In this document: positions 24,183-36,699 of the stretch, piece after piece
Layout of the letters: every line of letters begins with the position of its first letter
How positions within the stretch are numbered: position 1 is the stretch's first letter
From: Octopus bimaculoides
Lineage: Eukaryota
Reading direction: 5' to 3'
Assembly (NCBI RefSeq): GCF_001194135.2
Contig: NC_068987.1
Location: 48,621,097-48,663,516, forward strand
Length of the DNA stretch: 42,420 bases
Notes under the pieces: model-generated
What the model saw: the letters and a program-made list of their open reading frames with translations, nothing else
Told to the model about the DNA's origin: nothing
Database searches by the model: none
Translations under genes and position numbers: made by a program

Positions 24183-25478
24183 ATGTACTTTTCCTGATAT
24201 TTTCTTTTTTTTTTTTTNNNNNNNNNNTTTTTTTTTTTTTTTTTGTGAAAGAGATGTATCTAATAGTGAGGGTGACACAAAACGATATATACATCCTTCC
24301 AGCTGCAGAAGAGTAACAGAAATTTAATTTATTGAAAATTGCAATAATCCTTTTACTGCAGGATTCAGGCGTATACACTCAAAATTTCCTTACCCTTAAG
24401 TGCAGAAATCAGTTTTATATACCAATCTGTCTTTCATTGAAAAATATTATGTTTGAAACTGTCTTTTGGCAAGACAAAATTTATCAAGGCAATGTCACTT
24501 GCAGAAAATATCAGTTCTGTTTTGGTAAATATTTAACATTATTATTAGAATAACCATGAAATGTGATTTCATAGTTAAGGAGTTAAGTGCTATAATTCAA
24601 GCCCCACCCNNNNNNNNNNNNNNNNNNNGCTACCAGAAAGAAACCAGAAAGAATCTGTGGTAAATAGCAAAAGCTAAAACTATTAAATAATGTAAGACTG
24701 GGTAAATAAATATATATTTATTTCTAAATCATATTATCGGGGCCATTCATTCATTATATTAATTAAATGAAAGAAATAAAATTATCGATATATTAAAAAA
24801 TAAATATAGAATAACTTCCAACAATACTATCAGAGTTGTTCCCCTTTATAAGCTTTTTCAGGTCAATTCATGAGGAATGAGACTAAAAATAATTGTTACA
24901 TACAAAATAAGTATTGAAACTACGCACCCCAGCATACTTAAAGCTAGAAGCAATTTTCTCCCCTTGAGTAGCAGCTTCAAGTGCAACCATTTATTAAAAC
25001 ATTTTATTGAGAAACTTTTTATTTTTCAACAAGCAAAAATGCTAGTTCTAAAATCTCTTCTTTCAGATGCAGTAGTTGAACTAACAAGTAATGTTCGTAG
25101 CAACTTCAACATGGCTGTCCGTCCGAACGGACTTTACTCCGATTTTTTAACCCCAAGAAGACATCTCCTCTAGCTGGTTAACGATGCACAGCTGCATCAG
25201 AGATATTGTGAACAGGGGAGCGAACTCCTACCACCTTCTAGCGACGGGACCAACAGACCAGCTTGGTTTCAGACCAGTAACCATGTGAAAGCGCTGGAAT
25301 CCCTCTCCTAGAAGGATGCTGTAACAACACCTAGGGATTCATCACTCCCAATGGTTTAACAGTTATGGTTAGATGGCCGTTGACTTATCAGAGTTGATTT
25401 GACCTTTGACAAGTCTTGTTTTGCATCATGTAGGGGTCCAAATATAACGAAACTCCTTCCCAACTAGGTTTGGTAGGG

Positions 25479-25564
25479 ATGTCAGTTAAGTCGCCGAAAG
25501 CCCAACCATGTGACAGGTTGTACTGGGTTACATGTTACCAGTAACACTAAGAGTGACCTGACAT
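25479..25564 (+). ncRNA. Degenerate type II hammerhead-like fold
   Basis: Order gtcgcc-GAAA-stem III-TA-stem I hairpin-CTAAGA-gtgac, closed by atgtcag/ctgacat. The core deviates from consensus. Confidence 0.25.
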
Positions 25565-26856
25565 AATGGATTTCCTGGATCCATTCTTCATATGCATAGG
25601 TAGGCTAATTAATCCACAACTGGGACCCTGACAGGTGCTACACGCACGCACGCACACACACACACACACACGCGCGCGCAACAATGCTGTATTTCATATT
25701 TTCATACCATTGATGCACAATATTCAACAGACTTTTAGCAGAGTTTCCTCCCTTGTGTCTTTCCGCTAAATTCCGAATTCAGAGTTGGCCAAACTCGACG
25801 GGTTTCTCTACCATATATATATATATATATATATATGTAGTCTGTTTCTTAGTATCATTTTGTTATACAATCCTGCTGCACCTACAATAGTTAGTTCTTA
25901 ATGTATATATTGAACTCTAGTATGCGGTTAACTCGTTCGTAGTTGGATCACTGGAAACTAATGCCAGCTTCTGTCCAGTAATCTTAGCAGTTTATCTACT
26001 GGAAAATTCAGTGAATGGAATATCTAATCACATTTGAAAATGAGTTTATTGGTATTATGAATTACAAAGACTTGGGTGCTCTAGGTACAGAAGAAGAAGC
26101 ACTCACTGACTTTACACAGTGACTTTCAAGTTGGGCATTTATGGATAACTATTAAGAACTTAGTATTTTAGTTGAAGAGTTTGTGAACCAATAGAAATTG
26201 ATGCATTGTCTTTTCCCCCTCACCAATGTGAATTAAACTACATTTAATCATGATTAAACTAGTCGATATGCAATCAAAGGACAGTTATCGGAGGACTTAT
26301 TAAGGGGAATATATAAAAGGATTTTTATGTCTTTTCATTGTAGGGAAGGTCCTACTCTTGCTAAATCTCATCTTTGAGTTTATTTTTGCAACACAAGTAT
26401 TTTCCTGTGACAGATTCTTATTCTCATTACTGTTCAGTGGAACTATTCTCCTAGTACCAACTATAGCCAAGATATCAAGCAGAATTTTTGTTTCTCGAGT
26501 TATTCAATTCTAGCCATCTAGTATCAACAACCTTACAAAATCAATGAGTTGCTAACGTTGTCTTGAAGAAATTGAAGCCATACTGGTATGGAATATCAGT
26601 TGTTTAGGCTTGGTTGAGGTATAAGAAGTAAGACTGCTCACCATGTTCTCATAAAATGACCAAAGTCTGACTTGTCTGGATTTATATCAAAATGTGGGTT
26701 ACTAACATATGTAGTGACTCATCCAGTGCAGAAAACTGGAGTGCTCCAAACAGAATTTGAATAAAATCTTTTTATTTAAAATGTACAACACTACTACAAC
26801 ACTACTCACAAACATTTCCTCTAACAATTTGTTCAATAAAATATTTCTCTCTTGAT

Positions 26857-27320
26857 AGGCACAAGCATGGCTGTGTGGTAAGAAGTTTGCTTCTCAACCA
26901 CGTGACTCTGAGTTCAATCTCATTGCATAGTACATTGTGTGTCTTCTACTATAGCTCTGGGTTGACCAAAGCCTTGCAAGTGGATTTGGTAGAAAGAAAC
27001 TGAAAGAAGCCTGTTGTATATATTTATATCTGTGTGTGTGTGTGTGTGTACTTGAGTGTGTGTGTGTGCACACGTGCATGTGTGCATGTGTGTGAGTGCA
27101 TGTGTACGTGTGTGTGTGTGTGTGTGTGTGTGCATGTGTGTGTATGTCCACCACCACTGCTTGGAACGACTGGTGTTATTGTGTTTATGCCCCCATAACT
27201 TAGTGGTTTGGCAAAAGAAACAGATAGATAAGTATCAGGTTTTAAAAGAATAAGTACTAGGGTTGATTCAATTGCCTAAAATTCTTCAGCCCCCAACATG
27301 GTTGCAGTTTAACAACTGAG
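26857..27320 (+). mobile_element. tRNA-derived SINE with internal (TG)n microsatellite
   Basis: A-box TGGCTGTGTGG (26868-78), B-box-like GAGTTCAATCTC (26910-21), (TG)n 27030-27145, conserved 3' body. Confidence 0.75.
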
Positions 27321-28164
27321 ACAAACAAAAGATAAAAGGTAGAAGATATTGATGCCATTGTTGAATTGACAAATGGTTGTTGGAAATCCAAAGAGTGGGT
27401 GTAGTTGTTATGTGGGGCACTAATTTACTGGCTCAGAACTGGTTTGTTATCCTCTGACCAAAGATTTAACTATAAGTTAATGAAGTAATAGTTTTGTGGT
27501 AGCTGAATTCATTAAACCCATCTTTACTTTGCTTCTGAAGGGGTGCTGAAAAGGGTGTTGTGAAAGGCTTAGTTGGAGGCCCAACCTTCTGAGTTCTTTT
27601 ACAGGGTTTAGAAAAACTGAAGGACTACTGCAGTAAGTGTGTGAAACTGAGAGGGGAATATGTTGAATAAAATCATAATTAACTGATCCTCCTGTATTTT
27701 CTTTTACCCAAAGCTGGGAACTTTTCAGTACCCCGTTATATACTATTGTTATTATAATTATTATGAAGATGGCAAGCTGGCAGAATTCTTAGCATGCTGG
27801 GCAAAATGCTTTATAATAATAATGAACTTATTGTATAGTGTTCAGGTGCACTACAACTCATCAGAAAAAGTAATCAAAACTGCATGAACAGTACATAAAA
27901 TACGTCTTAAAAAAAGTTGGGTGGGAAGAAGGAAAAACGGGGCTGGAGGGCATCAGGTGTACTGTTGACGAATTTCAGTAAGCATGGAAGTTCTGAAGGA
28001 GATAGTGTTGACAGTTACCAATGGATGCAGCTAGTTTATTTCCTGCTTCAGCTATTCTGAGCACAGCATTTCATCTATCTTTATATTCTAAGTTTAAATT
28101 TCACCAAGGTTGACTTTGCCTTTCATCCCTCCTCAAAAATTACTGGCCTTGTGCCAATAATTTG

Positions 28165-28201
<37 letters not shown>

Positions 28202-28225
28202 TATTATTATTATTATTATTATTAA

Positions 28226-28447
28226 GGCAGTGAGCTGACAGAATCATTAGCACACTGGACAAAATGCTTAGCAGCATTTCTTCTAGCCTTAAGTTCTGAG
28301 TATAAATTCTCTCGATGTTGACTTTGCCTTTCAACCTTTTAAGATTGATAAAACAAGTACCAGCTGAACACTGGGTTCAGTGTAATTGACTTACCTCCTC
28401 CCCTGAGGTTGCTGACCTTGTGCTAAAACTTGAAATCATCATTGTTA
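28226..28447 (+). mobile_element. Nin-domain tRNA SINE (partial second copy about 28060-28165)
   Basis: ggcagtgagctg head, gttgactttgcctttca.cc...gataaaa..agtacc Nin/Deu-like core, (ATC/ATT)n tail. Confidence 0.7.
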
Positions 28448-30645
28448 TTATTATTCAGTAGTTTTATTTTTATAGCGTGCTTTCACTTCACTACTGAGTA
28501 CAGCTCTGTGTGCCTTGGGTATGTGCTGTGGTTTGCTGTGATGCTCTTATGGTTACTGTATTAAAAGTGTTTTGCGTAGGATGTGTACAGTGCCCAATAG
28601 TGCAATTTTCTGTATGTTACATATATTTGTAAGTCATGGCGTTTTTGTTGTGTATTTGTCTGAATATTTTTTTATCATACCTAAGGCGCCTACTATGATA
28701 CGAATTGTTTCTGTTTTCAGATTCCACATTCGAGTTACCTCTATTTCCAGGTCTTTGTATTTTGAAAGTTTCTCCATTTCTTTTAGAGAAACGTTGTCAT
28801 CTGCTGGTATTGATACATCAATTTGAAAGCGTTTTTTCTTCATGATCTCTGACAACTATATCTGACCTATTGGCCTTAATTTCTCTATCTGTGTGTATTG
28901 GCATATCCTATAGTATGGTTGCTTTCTCGTTTTTTTTCTGACCTTTTCTGGCATGTGCTTATCCCATCTTTTTTCTGTTGTTATTCCATAGTGTTGGCAT
29001 AGCTTCCAGTGTATGTAGGTCCCAGCTCTGTCGTGTCTGTGAAGATATTCCTTCTTAGCCAAGACTGGGCAGCCAGAGATAATNNNNNNNNNNNNNNNNN
29101 NNNNNNNNNNNNNNNNNNNNNNNNNNNNNNNNNNNNNNNNNNNNNNNNNNNNNNNNNNNNNNNNNNNNNNNNNNNNNNNNNNNNNNNNNNNNNNNNNNNN
29201 NNNNNNNNNNNNNNNNNNNNNNNNNNNNNNNNNNNNNNNNNNNNNNNNNNNNNNNNNNNNNNNNNNNNNNNNNNNNNNNNNNNNNNNNNNNNNNNNNNNN
29301 NNNNNNNNNNNNNNNNNNNNNNNNNNNNNNNNNNNNNNNNNNNNNNNNNNNNNNNNNNNNNNNNNNNNNNNNNNNNNNNNNNNNNNNNNNNNNNNNNNNN
29401 NNNNNNNNNNNNNNNNNNNNNNNNNNNNNNNNNNNNNNNNNNNNNNNNNNNNNNNNNNNNNNNNNNNNNNNNNNNNNNNNNNNNNNNNNNNNNNNNNNNN
29501 NNNNNNNNNNNNNNNNNNNNNNNNNNNNNNNNNNNNNNNNNNNNNNNNNNNNNNNNNNNNNNNNNNNNNNNNNNNNNNNNNNNNNNNNNNNNNNNNNNNN
29601 NNNNNNNNNNNNNNNNNNNNNNNNNNNNNNNNNNNNNNNNNNNNNNNNNNNNNNNNNNNNNNNNNNNNNNNNNNNNNNNNNNNNNNNNNNNNNNNNNNNN
29701 NNNNNNNNNNNNNNNNNNNNNNNNNNNNNNNNNNNNNNNNNNNNNNNNNNNNNNNNNNNNNNNNNNNNNNNNNNNNNNNNNNNNNNNNNNNNNNNNNNNN
29801 NNNNNNNNNNNNNNNNNNNNNNNNNNNNNNNNNNNNNNNNNNNNNNNNNNNNNNNNNNNNNNNNNNNNNNNNNNNNNNNNNNNNNNNNNNNNNNNNNNNN
29901 NNNNNNNNNNNNNNNNNNNNNNNNNNNNNNNNNNNNNNNNNNNNNNNNNNNNNNNNNNNNNNNNNNNNNNNNNNNNNNNNGTGTGTGTTGTATCCTATCT
30001 AGTTCATTGATTCCTAAATATTTGTATGTCTGGTTTTTGTCTAATTCTTTTATTTCATTGGCTTTATCTAGTGTGATGTTGCTACTCTTAACTAGTTTTC
30101 CTCTTTTCAGGGTTGCTTTGGCACATTTTTCTAATCCAAATTTCATATCTATTTCTTTGGTAAATCCATATAGTGTCTGTAGTAGTGTTTCCAGCTGTTT
30201 ATCATTTGTAGCGTATAGTTTTAGGTCATCCATATATAAAAGGTGGCTAATTGTTTTGCCATAACATTTGTATCCGCATCCAGTTTTATTTAGCAAGCCA
30301 GATAAAGGTGTCAGTGCCAAGCAGAACAGGAGTGGAGAGAGCATGTCTCCCTGGAATATTCCTCTTCTAATGGAGATGGCTTTGGTTTCCACGAGTTCCT
30401 CCTTTGTTTGGAGCTGTAGCACTGTCTGCCATTTATTCATAGAGTGTCTTATGTATTTTATAATTATTGGTGCCATCTTGTTCATGGCTAGTGTTTCGAG
30501 GATCCACGTGTGGGGAAAACTATCAAAAGCCCTTCGGTAGTCGATCCAGGCCCTACTGAGGCTTTTTTTCTTTCTGTGGCTGTCTTCAGTTATGGCTTTA
30601 TTGATCACTAATTGATCTTTACAGCCATATGAGCCCTTGCAGCAT
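28448..30645 (-). mobile_element. 5'-truncated Dong/R4 LINE (spans the 29084-29980 gap)
   Basis: RT: KGCCKGSYGCKDQLVINK, WIDYRRAFDSFPH, GIFQGDMLSPLLF, HLLYMDDLKLY, YKYLG. 3' RLE domain and (TAA)n tail. Confidence 0.92.
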
Positions 30646-31680
30646 CCCTTCATTTTCTTGGGTACATCATCAATAAGGATGGCATTTGCCCACTTTCCGA
30701 GAAAGTCAAAGCCATCGTGGATTTTCCACCACCCACATCTCTGCAAATTGTGGGAATTTCTTGGCTTGGTAAATTTCTACTGGAGATTTTTACCCCAACT
30801 GCTCACAGATTTGCTGCAACAGTGAACATGCAAAAATACAAACATTGCCCTGAGTGAAGAACAACTTACCTCTTTCACTGTTTTGAAAAAAAGCGTTATC
30901 TAACACTACCGTGCTGGTGTATCCCAAATCAGATGCCCCACTGTGTGTACTAGTTGATGCATCCAATTCCAGAGTTGGAGGTGTGCTCCAACAACTCACT
31001 GACGGTATTTGGCAACCTGTATCTTTCTTCTCCAACTGCTTAAAACCTGCTGAGACTAAATACTGTACCTTTGGTCAACAATTACTGGCAGTGTATCTTG
31101 CTGACAAGCATTTTCAATATATGCAGGAAGGTCAGATTTTCTCCATTTATATTGACCATAAACTGCTGGTTTATGACTTCAACACCAAGCCCAGTTGTCA
31201 CTCACCCAGAGAAGTCTGACATCTAGACTTCATATCGCAGTACACAACAGGCATTCGCCACATCAAGCTGATGCCCTGTCATGCATGGAACTATTACAGC
31301 TCCAGAATTCGTCATCTCTGAAATTTCAGCAATAACTGATACCCTCTGCTACAGGCTATCTTTGGTGCGACACCTCCACCAGTCATGAACATCCATACAT
31401 GCCACAGAAACAGAGACTTGCCAGCACATCCTGGTGTCCACGCCAGGCAACATCAACAAGAACACCCATGATTGGGCTAGGATCTGTGTCGTGTGCCAAA
31501 AAGCAAAGGTCCACCGACACATTAAATCTCCTGTCGGCTCCTTTGCAACTCCAGATACACATTTTCAACATGTGCATATTGACATCGTTGGACCCTTGCC
31601 TCCTTCCAGCAACTGCACTCACCTGCTCACCTGTGTTGACAGATTTCTCGCTGGCTGGAAGCTTTTCCCCTATCAGACAC
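30645..31680 (+). mobile_element. Ty3/Gypsy pol fragment (RT end, RNase H, integrase start), no LTRs seen
   Basis: FLGYIINKDGI...FLGLVNFY, VDASNSRVGGVLQQ, PVSFFS, IYIDHK, integrase C-x2-C (WARICVVCQKAK) and HIDIVGPLP...LLTCVDRF. Confidence 0.9.
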
Positions 31681-32260
31681 CTGATTGATAGGTTATCAGG
31701 TGGCTAGCTGGCTTCCTAAAGTTGGTGTTGCAGATCAATATGTTATTTGCATCGCAGAACTCCAGGAGCCTAGTTTCCTCTTCATTTCTGGTACCAACTC
31801 CATACACCATGGAAGACATGCCCATTAAAATCTCTAGCCACAAAGATGAGATCATTGTTACTCATCTCTGAGGTAGCCTGCAGAAGAATATCATAAAAAA
31901 GATCCTTTTGTTCATTTGGTAGGTCCGCTTGTGAGGCATAGGCAGAGATAATTGTAGCTATATTATTCTGCAAGTCTAGCCTGAGTTCAAGTACTCTATT
32001 GCACATCCTCACTACTTCTATGACCTTATCCACCCATTTCTCAGCAAGAAATATACTCACACCAACTATTCCATCACTATTACCTTCTCAGAAGAGTTTA
32101 TACCTATGTGCTTTGCCTGCGAGGACTCTGGCTGAAGCTCCTCTCTATCTCTCATAAGCAACATACATCAACACGTCTCTGTTCAAGCATCTCTACAATC
32201 TCACTAGACCTACCTTTCAATGTGCCTACATTTACAGTGCCAACTCTGAAAACTAGGAAA
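31680..32260 (-). mobile_element. RTE endonuclease fragment
   Basis: VGTVNVGTLKGRS, FLAEKWVDKV, TIISAYASQ, ARDFNGH, RLLEFCDANN. Confidence 0.85.
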
Positions 32261-32328
32261 GAGATATGGGAGGTAACACAGGAAGGAGAGATGTTATTCA
32301 GCACCTGAAAAGAAGGTTCCCACGATCA

Positions 32329-33522
32329 TCTTAATATATAAATCTGAAATTGTGTGTTTGTGTGAAGCCTTTTTGAATGTTTATAGAAATCCACATTTTC
32401 CACTTTTTCGTAAAAATTTTTACATCCATGGAATTTTCTCGATCTGAACTTTCCAGTGCAGTAATTAAATTTTTAAAATTCCGTTTACTTTGTGTGATTT
32501 AAGGGAGATTTGGCTGTTGTTTCTAGCAACTTTTATATTTCATCCCTGCTACCTGGAACGCCATTCTTACACACGCGCTCAACATAAAAATATAGAGAGT
32601 AAGAGTAAAAGAGGGAGAGGGAGAGAGAGAGAAAGTGATACATACAACGTCATAGATTAAACTTTCATCTCAGTATTCTTTACCTATTTTTCATAACATA
32701 GATACGTAAAAACACACACAACCACACATACATGACCTGTGACAACAACATACACATTGCTCTCAATCTCTNNNNNNNNNNNNNNNNNNNNNNNNNNNNN
32801 NNNNNNNNNNNNNNNNNNNNNNNNNNNNNNNNNNNNNNNNNNNNNNNNNNNNNNNNNNNNNNNNNNNNNNNNNNNNNNNNNNNNNNNNNNNNNNNNNNNN
32901 NNNNNNNNNNNNNNNNNNNNNNNNNNNNNNNNNNNNNNNNNNNNNNNNNNNNNNNNNNNNNNNNNNNNNNNNNNNNNNNNNNNNNNNNNNNNNNNNNNNN
33001 NNNNNNNNNNNNNNNNNNNNNNNNNNNNNNNNNNNNNNNNNNNNNNNNNNNNNNNNNNNNNNNNNNNNNNNNNNNNNNNNNNNNNNNNNNNNNNNNNNNN
33101 NNNNNNNNNNNNNNNNNNNNNNNNNNNNNNNNNNNNNNNNNNNNNNNNNNNNNNNNNNNNNNNNNNNNNNNNNNNNNNNNTGTTTAATTTTTCTCTATTA
33201 TGTGCTTATGTGCATCCTTAGATTTCTAATGAAGTAATAGGCAGTGAAGAGAAGCAGTCATAAGAAAACTTTTAACTACCCCTATTCCTTTCTCTCCCCC
33301 TCTCTACCTCTTCCTCTCTCGCTCTCTCAAAAGCATACATGTGCAAGTACACAATCATTCAGTAAAATATAACTCATGTTCATCAATGTTTTGTAAATTT
33401 ACCACGATTTTCACTAGGGTGTTAGGGTTAGGGTTTTAGGGTCAGGGTTAGGGTTTAGGATTAATGTTACTGTTACGGTTTTTAGGGTTAGGGTTAGGGT
33501 TTAGGGTTAGTGTTAGGGCTAG
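32329..33522 (+). mobile_element. Helitron-like non-autonomous element, copy 1, with TTAGGG-like array (33415-33522)
   Basis: A|TCTTAATATATAAA 5' end. Body homologous to 41638-42420. Confidence 0.6.
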
Positions 33523-33559
33523 TTTGGTATAAATGTAAATTTGTAATCCGCATATAGAA

Positions 33560-34625
33560 GCAGGGGGTTTCAAAACTGTTGCCTATAGTTATCTTCTTTC
33601 TCTTTGATCTTCAAAGAGAGGTGGTCACATCAGCAGTACAGCTGACCTCTATGATGGTACATACTTTTCCTTGTTTGTCCCAAACAACAATATCCAGCCT
33701 GTCTTACTTACACTTGACAGGTGTTTTGATGGGAATGTTCTGCCAGAATTTCTTGTGCTGATATTTGTGTACATATCCAATAATGGGTATTCTCTATATT
33801 TATTCCAGGACAGTCTTTTTTTCCAAATGGCATTGTATATTGTTTTTGCAACAATGTCATGTTGCATTAGGAGGTAGTATCTTGATGACATTTTTGGGCA
33901 GCTCTTGCAGTTGTAGGCCCTAGCATGTAGCCATTTTTTTTTTTTTGCAGCAGGAATGATAACGGGTTTAATACCAAAATGAATAGAAGTACAGAGAGAC
34001 TAGCTCCCTGGAATATTCCCTTTGAAATATTTATGGTATTAGAGACGATTATTCCACAATCATTCTAAGTGTGAGGATTGTGGCTCAGGTCTTTGTGAGC
34101 CTCTCAATGGCAGCAATTAGTAGTAGGTAGTAGGTACTTTTGCCAAATGGAGACACTTCAGAAACTATGGGTGGGGAATAGAGTTAAATGCCTTCTTATA
34201 ATCAAATCATACAGTCATACAGCTACTATGATGTTTACTTTTTTTTACCTCCGACAGTACAGTTTTGCTTAGTAAAAGTTGTTCAGCACATTTCCGCACA
34301 TTTCCGCACTCTTTCCTTTCCACCAACCTGTTCATCAGTCACTATGCTGTTGGACTCACAATGATCCTGGAGGAATTGGTTGAGGCAGCTTGTGTACAGT
34401 TTATACATAATGTTTAGGTAAGTAACAGGCCTGTAGTTTTCAGGCAACTCAGTGGTTTCATTCTTGGCCACAAGATTCGTCCATGCCAATTGGTATGTCA
34501 ATCTGACCTTCCATAGTTCTTTTGAATATACTTATTAGTGATTTCCTGTAAAATATCACTCTCTTATACCACTATCCAACTATTAGGTTCCTTTCAGGTG
34601 CCTTCCTATTATGCAGTTTCCCTAC
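33560..34625 (-). mobile_element. Dong/R4-type LINE, internally deleted
   Basis: PENYRPVTYLNIMYKLYTS, FDYKKAFNSIP, KGIFQG, then HDIVAKTIYNAI and RLE DIVVWDK...IIEVSC. Confidence 0.75.
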
Positions 34626-34944
34626 AGCTATGAAGAAAATTTCCAGGTCAATTGCTTTTGTTTTACTGTTGCTGCCAGTACAGTATTCTCTGTCTGTATG
34701 TATGTATGTCTGTATGTATGTATGTCTGTATGTATGATGTTTGTAGATTTGTAATATAGAAATTTATTTATATATTGCATGTGAGGCATGTACATATTTA
34801 TTTTAGATGTGTAAATTCTACCTATCAATAAATGTAGAGAAGAAACTATAAAGGCATCAAATTTTTAGACCAGGTTAACAAAAAGAGTCACTGAGGAATT
34901 AATTAAGATTGATGATCATGATGATGATGATTCTCATCATCATT

Positions 34945-35160
34945 ACCATTTTAACATCCACTTTCCATGCTCACATGGATCAGACAGAATTCGTTGAGGC
35001 AGATTTTCTACAGCTGGATACCCTTCCTTTCCTGCCATCAACTCTCACCTGTTTGCGAGAAAGCTATTATTTCTCTTTCACCAGATACGTTTTCACGGAA
35101 GATCAAAAATGAAGGACACTACTTGGTATGACAGTAGCTCTTTTACAGTTATCAAGCAAT
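34945..35160 (-). mobile_element. Short repeat with RTE-type 3' end (SINE-like)
   Basis: Homologous to 12831-13030. Confidence 0.55.
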
Positions 35161-35184
35161 ATTAAAACAAAAAGACACTAACAT

Positions 35185-35247
35185 GACACACACATGCATA
35201 CTCACAGGCACAGACATACACATACACATATACATACAAACACACAA

Positions 35248-35296
<49 letters not shown>

Positions 35297-35337
35297 TATG
35301 CATGCACACATGCACATACATACACTCATACAACACA

Positions 35338-35370
<33 letters not shown>

Positions 35371-35393
35371 NNNNNNNNNNNNNNNNNNNNNCA

Positions 35394-35440
<47 letters not shown>

Positions 35441-35590
35441 ACAACAGGCTTCATTCATTTCTCTATAGCAAATCTACCCAGCAAGATTTGGTCGCATTGA
35501 CACAACAATAAAAGTCACTTGCTACACAGCGGGGCTGAACCTAAAACCACATGGTTGTGAAGTGAACTGCTTAATCACACTGCCATGTAT

Positions 35591-35662
<72 letters not shown>

Positions 35663-35704
35663 NNNNNNNNNNACACATATGCACAAACATGCACAAAGAC
35701 ATGT

Positions 35705-35740
<36 letters not shown>
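35185..35740. repeat. (CA)n arrays flanking a minus-strand tRNA SINE head (about 35440-35588)
   Basis: Directly visible CA tracts. The SINE part is the reverse complement of the 26857 family. Confidence 0.85.
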
Positions 35741-36289
35741 CTAATGATATTAGTGACTTTTGTTATATAACTGAATAGTCTAATCTTAAAAGGTTGAAAT
35801 CATTTAGAAGGTTTGACCTGAATTTCATAAATTTAATTAATCAGCAGAATTGCAAAAAACAAAACAAAAAAAAACAAAAACAAAAACAGAAACAAAAACA
35901 AAAAAACAAAAACATGCTCAACCTTTCAAAGTAGGTTCAGTATTTGAAAATATCTTTTTAATAGCAATGGGAGTTTCAACAAAAGAAGTTTGTCTTTTCA
36001 AACACCTGCTTCTATTGTATCGAGAATAGAAAATAGAATGAATAAAGAGCTCTGTCACACGCACTCTTACATTCTGAAACAGAATAATATCTTTTTCTGT
36101 TACAATAGAAGCCTGTTAGTTTGAAATTCATGTTTAAACTCAAATTTTCTTTTCATTCTTAGAGGCTGAAACATAATGACTGAAATTAAGGTACCTCAAA
36201 AACGACACATGAGTGTTCAGCTTTTGCCAAATGACCTGCACAAATGATTTGTTTACAGTGATCAAATTTATGTGCTGTATGTTAGCTCA

Positions 36290-36475
36290 CTCCCTCCATC
36301 AAATCAACATTGCTTGAACAGGTGCATGGTGTACCACATGTCAGGTACTGAAAGTGATGGCAGAGCAACATGAGATAAAGTGTTTTGCTCAAGAACACAA
36401 TGCACCATTCAGTCTAGGAATTGAATCTATGATCTCGTGATCATGAGTGCAACACTCTAATCACTAGGCCATGCA
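36290..36475 (-). mobile_element. Decayed tRNA-derived SINE
   Basis: aagtgttttgctcaagaacacaatgc...ggaattgaatc...ctctaatcactaggcca. Confidence 0.5.
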
Positions 36476-36479
36476 TCCT

Positions 36480-36584
36480 CATATAATAATAATAATGATA
36501 ATAATAATGATAATGATGATGATGATGACAACAATAATAATAATAACGATAATGATGATGATTATGATGATGATGATGATGATG

Positions 36585-36637
<53 letters not shown>

Positions 36638-36665
36638 CATAATCATAATTATAATAATAATACTA
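36480..36665. repeat. (ATA)n/(ATG)n trinucleotide array
   Basis: Directly visible. It is the source of the poly-Ile/Met pseudo-ORFs. Confidence 0.95.
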
Positions 36666-36699
36666 ATGTGTGTATGTGTGCATATGTGTTTGTGCATAT

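Noticed and set aside
25921-26215. Protein-looking frame (...MEYLITFENEFIGIMNYKDL...) after an AG
   Set aside because: About 7 stops in about 98 codons is what random AT-rich DNA gives, and no family was recognised.
29009-33221. Long ORFs of 150-563 aa spanning N runs
   Set aside because: Their length comes from assembly gaps (29084-29980, 32772-33180). The real part is Dong RT sequence.
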